64,000 nt of DNA, taken from an uncultured Gammaproteobacteria bacterium. GTDB lineage: Bacteria > Patescibacteriota > Microgenomatia > Levybacterales > GWA1-39-11. The stretch is taken from the NCBI GenBank assembly GCA_964485575.1, contig CAZAJO010000004.1:25307-89306 (forward strand). Direction: 5' to 3'. This document shows, piece after piece, positions 58,721 through 64,000 of this stretch. A program made the translations under genes and the position numbers. The first letter of the stretch is position 1, and every line of letters starts with the position of its first letter. The notes under the pieces were generated by a model that worked only from the letters and a program-made list of their open reading frames with translations, was not told the DNA's origin and ran no database searches.

Positions 58721-59329
58721 ATGAAGATTATTGTTGGACTCGGCAACCCTGGGGATAAATATACAGGTACCCGCCACAATATTGGGTTTGCTACACTTGA
58801 TCATCTCCTAAAAAAATACGAACCAGTCGACCAATCGGTCTGGGAGGACAATAAAAAAACTAAATCTCAGATCAAAAAACTGTCTATTGGGCAATACCAG
58901 GTACTTCTTGCAAAGCCTCAAACTTTTATGAATAACTCTGGCATGGCACTTTCCTTACTCACCCAATACTTCAAGATAAAACCTGAAGAAGTAATTGTTA
59001 TTCATGACGATCTTGATCTTCCTCTCGGAAAAATCCAAATTAGGTTTGGTGGAGGAAGTGCTGGGCACAATGGTATCGAATCAGTGATAGAAGCTTTAAA
59101 AACGGATAAATTTAGCCGAATCCGCATGGGTATTGGACATCCAAGAGGAAGAAACCCGATTGATGAGATTAGAAGCCACGACTCGGTCAGTAATTACGTT
59201 GTTTCACATTTTGTTGAGGGTGAGCATAAAGACGTCAGGAATATGATAAAGCATGTTCAGAAGAACTTAGAGTTACTACTTGAGCATGGAATTGATACCT
59301 TCATGAGCAAATTTAACTCGAAGAGTTAG
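58721..59329 (+). CDS. pth: Peptidyl-tRNA hydrolase
   Basis: GLGNPG, TRHNIG, KPQTFMNNSG, HDDLD, GHNG. Confidence 0.97.
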   Translation: MKIIVGLGNPGDKYTGTRHNIGFATLDHLLKKYEPVDQSVWEDNKKTKSQIKKLSIGQYQVLLAKPQTFMNNSGMALSLLTQYFKIKPEEVIVIHDDLDLPLGKIQIRFGGGSAGHNGIESVIEALKTDKFSRIRMGIGHPRGRNPIDEIRSHDSVSNYVVSHFVEGEHKDVRNMIKHVQKNLELLLEHGIDTFMSKFNSKS

Positions 59330-62100
59330 GGACTGACTTCTTGCCACTTCGTGTACGTGGTCTTGTAGAAATCAGTAAGCTGGGTTATAAAATCAGGTCG
59401 TGCACTAATATAGAGTGATGGATACAGTAGGTTATTGAAACAAAGACTTCTTCTATTTTGTAGTGTTCCAGTTCCAGACGTTGAGAAAGGTTTAAGGCTA
59501 TTTGCAACGAGGGCACCACCAACATTAAGCCGTAAATCTGAAGTTACAGTATCAGGACATGAATCACCATCCAATATTATGCTTCCCTGGGCAGTATAAT
59601 ATCCGTCAATATTACTTGTCGTTGAGGAGAGTGTTGCAGTTCCAATTGTTTTTGCTATCGTTATATTTCCTTTTGCAGCAACTATAAATATCCCTTGATT
59701 TTGAGCAATAGAAATAGTACTCGCGTTGATAGTCACGTTTCCATTTACAAGAATAACTACTCTTCTCCCAATAACATGTGTGTAGAGATTTATGGTGAGG
59801 TCCGCGGGGGATTCGTATACACCACTTGCAGTTATCTGTGTCTGATCAAATGTTCCTGCGGAAATAGGAGTAACTGTCACTCCATCTTGCTTTGTCTTTG
59901 ACTTATAGAAGTCGTAGCTCATACCACCATTTCTGTTCTCTGTATCTGCATTGTAAGAATATTCGTTATTGATGACCCAATTTTTAACAGAAGCAGCCCC
60001 AAAACCAAGATTTGCAGTGCTGTCTGAAGAATAAAATATCCCTGGATAATTCGCGTCAGTTGAGGCATAAAGTCCTGCGGGCACTGGATTACTGAGATTT
60101 AAGAATCGCACATCTCCCACGCTGGTCTGAAACCAAGGGTTAAGAGGTGCGATACAAAATGTAGCTACTTGATTATTGCTTCCTGTCGCAAATGATACTC
60201 CATTGCTTCCCAATGGTGACTCGACAGCTGGTGTCACATCTGTACCTATTACGGTGTATCCTGATGGAACCTGAAGACTTAACTGATAATTACCCTGTGG
60301 AAGACATGCAAATGCAGTGTCCCCTGTACCTGAATTGGTAGTCTGGTTAGTATTCACACTTCCACCATTTGTGATATTTAATGTCGCACCTACCCCACCA
60401 CTACTGTATGCAACTCCTGAAGATGAGTTACAAGTGCCAACGGCAGCAACTCTTCGAACATTAGCAGTAACAGTCACCGTTGTTGGTACCGTAATTGAGG
60501 CTGTATAATTTGTTGATCCCCCTGGACCTCCAACTGTCACACGTGGCGTGTAGGTTGTCTGGGATGCTGGACAAGCTGGAGCTGTCCATGTTGTTGTTGA
60601 GCTTGTAGATGTATCTGTCTGTCCACTAACGGTTGGGGGTGGGTTGTTGCCACCAGTATCTGGGTTCCAAGTGAATGGTGGTGGAGGAAGACTATCATCT
60701 GGATTTTCGACATTTGTACATGATGTAACCGATAGTGTGACAGTTCCTCCAGGATTTGCACTTCCACCTGGTGGATTAAGCGTGATTGAACCTGGAGTAC
60801 ACGCAGGTACTGATTGACGAATTCCGAAATTGACCCCTGATGCATCAGGGCCCAAAGAAACAGCCCTTGGATTGGTATTACCACCAGCCGTTCCCATTGA
60901 ATAGCCTGCAGGCAGTGTAAGCGTGATATTATAGCTTCCAGCACTGTTGCTCAAAAAGCTATACGTACCGTTTGCAGCTGTTGTCGTAGATGGATCTGCC
61001 CCTGGTCCTACCCTTTGGACTGATGCGTTTGCCACATTTAACTCATCACCAGCACCATTGTTGCATGCTCCTGAGCAATTCTGAACCCCACTATTATTGG
61101 TGTCAACATAGACCTTCCCAGTCACATCATATGTACAGTCAGCTACACAATTAGCAGCTGTCTCACCGGCATCACAAACTCCATTCCCACAGGTACAATC
61201 AAAATCAGTACTGCAATTTCCGAAAAATCCGCACCCTTGGGGCTGACAAGAATTACCGACGCATGAGCTCACCTCTACTTGTCCAAAACCGCACCCTCCA
61301 CCACCCCCGCTTGGCGGAAGGCAAGTCCCTCCAGCTCCCGGAGCAACGCACGTGTCTCCTGCAGAACAACAAACAGTGCCACACAAAAACCCAGACCCAC
61401 AAGCTCCACCACCTGGAGGTGATGTTGGCGCAGGGGTACCTCCTGTTCCTCCCCCACCACAAGGTGGTGAGGATGAACACCAGGCTCCACAAGAATTACA
61501 GATAGGTTGCGAGTATGTGCTGGATGGAACAGTACAATTACAACTTCCATCGTAAACATAAATTTGAGAAGAACCACAGCTTACACAAAAATCATTACAA
61601 TAAGTACCTGGAGTACAACCTAAAGCTGGGGTTGGCGTTGCTTGGGGAGCTGGACAGCTTGGATCCACTTTTCCTCCCTGTACACATGATCCACCAGAAC
61701 ATACTCCATAACGCTCACAACCTTGTCCATCAAAACTATTAAAACAATTTGAGGGTCCACACGTAGATCCACCTCCCCAGTTACATTCATTAACTATATT
61801 AGCGGAAGCTCCATAACAAGCTTGAGATAAGTAGCATGCAAATTCATCGCTCGCAAAACAACCTCGCCATTCTATATCAGACCCATTAATGACACACGCA
61901 CAATGTCCACCCAGTCCACCACATACCGAACCCTGAGTTGTACAGACACCACTAATCCCATCGTCACAATTACAATCGTAATGGGGCGTCGAACAACTAT
62001 AGCTTCCTGTACAACTCTGGGCAAACGAAGTATTTACAACAAATGAAAAGCAAAAAAGAAGAAATATAACAATAAATACCTTTAGGATTCGAGATTGCAT
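59326..62100 (-). CDS. Secreted Cys/Gly-rich surface protein with SdrD-B-like domains
   Basis: Signal peptide, about 300 aa Cys-rich region (CGNGVCDAGET), VTGKVYVDTNNSG, PWFQT followed by a beta-rich C-terminus. Confidence 0.75.
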   Translation of the reverse strand: MQSRILKVFIVIFLLFCFSFVVNTSFAQSCTGSYSCSTPHYDCNCDDGISGVCTTQGSVCGGLGGHCACVINGSDIEWRGCFASDEFACYLSQACYGASANIVNECNWGGGSTCGPSNCFNSFDGQGCERYGVCSGGSCVQGGKVDPSCPAPQATPTPALGCTPGTYCNDFCVSCGSSQIYVYDGSCNCTVPSSTYSQPICNSCGAWCSSSPPCGGGGTGGTPAPTSPPGGGACGSGFLCGTVCCSAGDTCVAPGAGGTCLPPSGGGGGCGFGQVEVSSCVGNSCQPQGCGFFGNCSTDFDCTCGNGVCDAGETAANCVADCTYDVTGKVYVDTNNSGVQNCSGACNNGAGDELNVANASVQRVGPGADPSTTTAANGTYSFLSNSAGSYNITLTLPAGYSMGTAGGNTNPRAVSLGPDASGVNFGIRQSVPACTPGSITLNPPGGSANPGGTVTLSVTSCTNVENPDDSLPPPPFTWNPDTGGNNPPPTVSGQTDTSTSSTTTWTAPACPASQTTYTPRVTVGGPGGSTNYTASITVPTTVTVTANVRRVAAVGTCNSSSGVAYSSGGVGATLNITNGGSVNTNQTTNSGTGDTAFACLPQGNYQLSLQVPSGYTVIGTDVTPAVESPLGSNGVSFATGSNNQVATFCIAPLNPWFQTSVGDVRFLNLSNPVPAGLYASTDANYPGIFYSSDSTANLGFGAASVKNWVINNEYSYNADTENRNGGMSYDFYKSKTKQDGVTVTPISAGTFDQTQITASGVYESPADLTINLYTHVIGRRVVILVNGNVTINASTISIAQNQGIFIVAAKGNITIAKTIGTATLSSTTSNIDGYYTAQGSIILDGDSCPDTVTSDLRLNVGGALVANSLKPFSTSGTGTLQNRRSLCFNNLLYPSLYISARPDFITQLTDFYKTTYTKWQEVSP

Positions 62101-62148
62101 TATACATCTAGTATAAGCACCTTATGCTGGAATACGCAATAATATGGA

Positions 62149-63288
62149 TTAATTTTCGAATGAGAGGATACTTACCGCCCCAATGTTTTCGTTTGGATAA
62201 GGAACTAGTTGATATTGGAAAGGTTCAGCTCTAGCTATTGTCTGAGTACTATCAGGTAAACCACCAGCACCATAGATAGCCGCCGTATCTGGATAAGTCA
62301 ATGGAACCATCATGTTGGCAACATTTCGCGCAAAAGTAACCGTCCACTCATGACCTACATTGATTGCCTTATCTCCAAGTTCTCTAGTTACCTTACCATT
62401 AGCAACAAGACCATTTACGCGTTCTATAAATTTTTCCTTACCATTATTTTCTTGCATCCATAGTCTTAAAACTTCACTACCTTCATACTCTCCTTCGTGC
62501 ATTGTAGTTCTACCATACCCAAATCCACCTGTCATTACTCCACCAGGATTGTCATTTTCCATTTTTATAAATCTGTCTTTTGTAGGATCTTTATAAAATC
62601 CATCCACCATTTCACCTTTCAATTTATTTGTACGAATAAGATCCTTAATTTTTGCAAGAGCTTGAAGGTCGTGCGGATCTGTTTCAGGATCAAATGACTC
62701 AAATAATTCTTTATGATCGTTTGATGCTCGATAATCATTTACAACTGTCAAAAGAAATACGTTCTCCATGCGCTTAATCATTTCCTCCGCAGACATTTCT
62801 TCACCCTGATATTGCTTAACATATTCCGTTGTAAGTTTAAAGTCAGACAATGGCAAAGTCCCAGCTGTACTATGCTTTGCGCCTTTAAAATCAGTTGTTG
62901 CAGCTGTCCTCTGAGGAAGTCTATTATCAATCAGAAAACCGAATTTTAAATATTCTCCTTGATAGTAATGTAGTACTTCTGTATTGGTGTCTACTTCTTT
63001 CTTCAACTGATCCTTCAATTTTTGAGGAGCTTCAATTATAGCTGGCACCATTAATTCACGGTCATGCTCAATTGCTGGAGGGGCTACTGTTGGGTTTTCT
63101 TGGACATTTGTTGAATTTACTCCATTTTCTGCTTCACTGGTTGCATCTCCATCTAGTATTCCACTTAATTTTGCGCCTACAGCACCTGCACCGACAGCAA
63201 CCCCAGCTACTGCTAAGGCTTGTAAAAATCTCCTTCTCGAATGTCTATTTCCGGGCACATGGTGTGCTCCGGGAGCTTCTATTGCCAT
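62149..63288 (-). CDS. Hypothetical protein with twin-arginine-like N-terminus
   Basis: SRRRFLQALAVAGVAVGAG; promoter TTGACA-N17-TATACA at 63326-63298. Confidence 0.7.
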   Translation of the reverse strand: MAIEAPGAHHVPGNRHSRRRFLQALAVAGVAVGAGAVGAKLSGILDGDATSEAENGVNSTNVQENPTVAPPAIEHDRELMVPAIIEAPQKLKDQLKKEVDTNTEVLHYYQGEYLKFGFLIDNRLPQRTAATTDFKGAKHSTAGTLPLSDFKLTTEYVKQYQGEEMSAEEMIKRMENVFLLTVVNDYRASNDHKELFESFDPETDPHDLQALAKIKDLIRTNKLKGEMVDGFYKDPTKDRFIKMENDNPGGVMTGGFGYGRTTMHEGEYEGSEVLRLWMQENNGKEKFIERVNGLVANGKVTRELGDKAINVGHEWTVTFARNVANMMVPLTYPDTAAIYGAGGLPDSTQTIARAEPFQYQLVPYPNENIGAVSILSFEN

Positions 63289-63334
63289 ACTATGAGATGT
63301 ATAACATATTGGGTATATTTTGTCAAGTTAGCCT

Positions 63335-63991
63335 CTATTTTTTCACGACATCGAAATATTTAGTGCGTGAAGCTTGCTCAATTTGAGTGTTTTGTGACTT
63401 TAGCTCTTCGGCTGATGGTTGATAATTAGTTACATGAGTCAAATTAAATAACGTAAGTATAAGCTGACTGTTAAAATAAAAACCAGGCTCAGGTGCGGCA
63501 AGACCATCAGGCGAAACATTGATTAGAACCAAAAGGGAACTATCATCCATCTTTATACTTGATGATGAGGAAATATTAGAACCTGGTGTCGTAGTAAGCA
63601 ATTTAGGCTGTTTTTCAGCTGTAAGCCTGATGGTTACTTCTTTTATATCTGAATTTGAACCTAATTGAGGAAAGGAACGACCAGTCACCCACCACTTTTT
63701 TAAAAGATCTGAAAATGCTTTTTTATCTAACAATTCTAATTGATATCCAGAGACATCTGAGGAATAAGACAGTACTGCATCTACCTGGGAATCATTTTTG
63801 GATTCTATTTTTAACTTTTTTTCTGCTGGTTTTACTGTATCTATTTGGGGCGAAGACTTAAACAATGTACTGTTTTTAAATACGCCCAAATAATATAACA
63901 ATCCTAGGATCCCGACAATCGCAAAGATTAATACGATTACCTCTAAAACAAAAAGTCTTGCAGCATTTTTCTTCTGTTTTTCTGGGGACAC
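63335..63991 (-). CDS. Membrane-anchored hypothetical protein
   Basis: 218-aa ORF with one N-terminal TM. Confidence 0.65.
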   Translation of the reverse strand: MSPEKQKKNAARLFVLEVIVLIFAIVGILGLLYYLGVFKNSTLFKSSPQIDTVKPAEKKLKIESKNDSQVDAVLSYSSDVSGYQLELLDKKAFSDLLKKWWVTGRSFPQLGSNSDIKEVTIRLTAEKQPKLLTTTPGSNISSSSSIKMDDSSLLVLINVSPDGLAAPEPGFYFNSQLILTLFNLTHVTNYQPSAEELKSQNTQIEQASRTKYFDVVKK

Positions 63992-64000
63992 ATATGAAAA

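Noticed and set aside
1-64000. CRISPR array, rRNA, transposase, or recoded TGA (genetic code 25)
   Set aside because: No regularly spaced repeat-spacer array or rRNA-like tract seen; TGA ends several intact genes (e.g. comEC, 8498, 25132)

Overview
A 64 kb, AT-rich bacterial chromosome segment. Gene content and style point to a Patescibacteria/CPR genome, probably Microgenomates (inference from split ComEC, short RpsA, NUDIX-inserted LeuRS, many pilin and large surface genes, few Shine-Dalgarno motifs; TGA is used as stop). Housekeeping genes: leuS, comEA/comEC, rho, a divergent sigma70, pyk, radA, rpsA, eno, gpmA, pth. The centre is a surface-structure region. Its most striking gene encodes a 4027-aa protein: two tandem tyrosine-recombinase core-binding (SAM-like) domains with no catalytic domain, one membrane helix, and about 3600 aa of repetitive fibre/adhesin-like sequence with a Kelch-like propeller. 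Upstream are two secreted-protein genes and an AT-rich spacer with recombinase-site-like repeats; downstream is a four-helix-bundle gene framed by inverted heptamer arrays. Other notable items: a 49-aa ORF followed by a highly structured RNA-like tract of about 300 nt, two families of dispersed structured repeats with compensatory base changes, two GC-rich SD-led islands (ClpN plus ACP; a secreted protein), a TLDc domain in a large secreted protein, and two related multi-winged-helix-like proteins around a site-2 protease. No rRNA, tRNA, CRISPR array or transposase was recognised. All calls are by eye; no database search was run.
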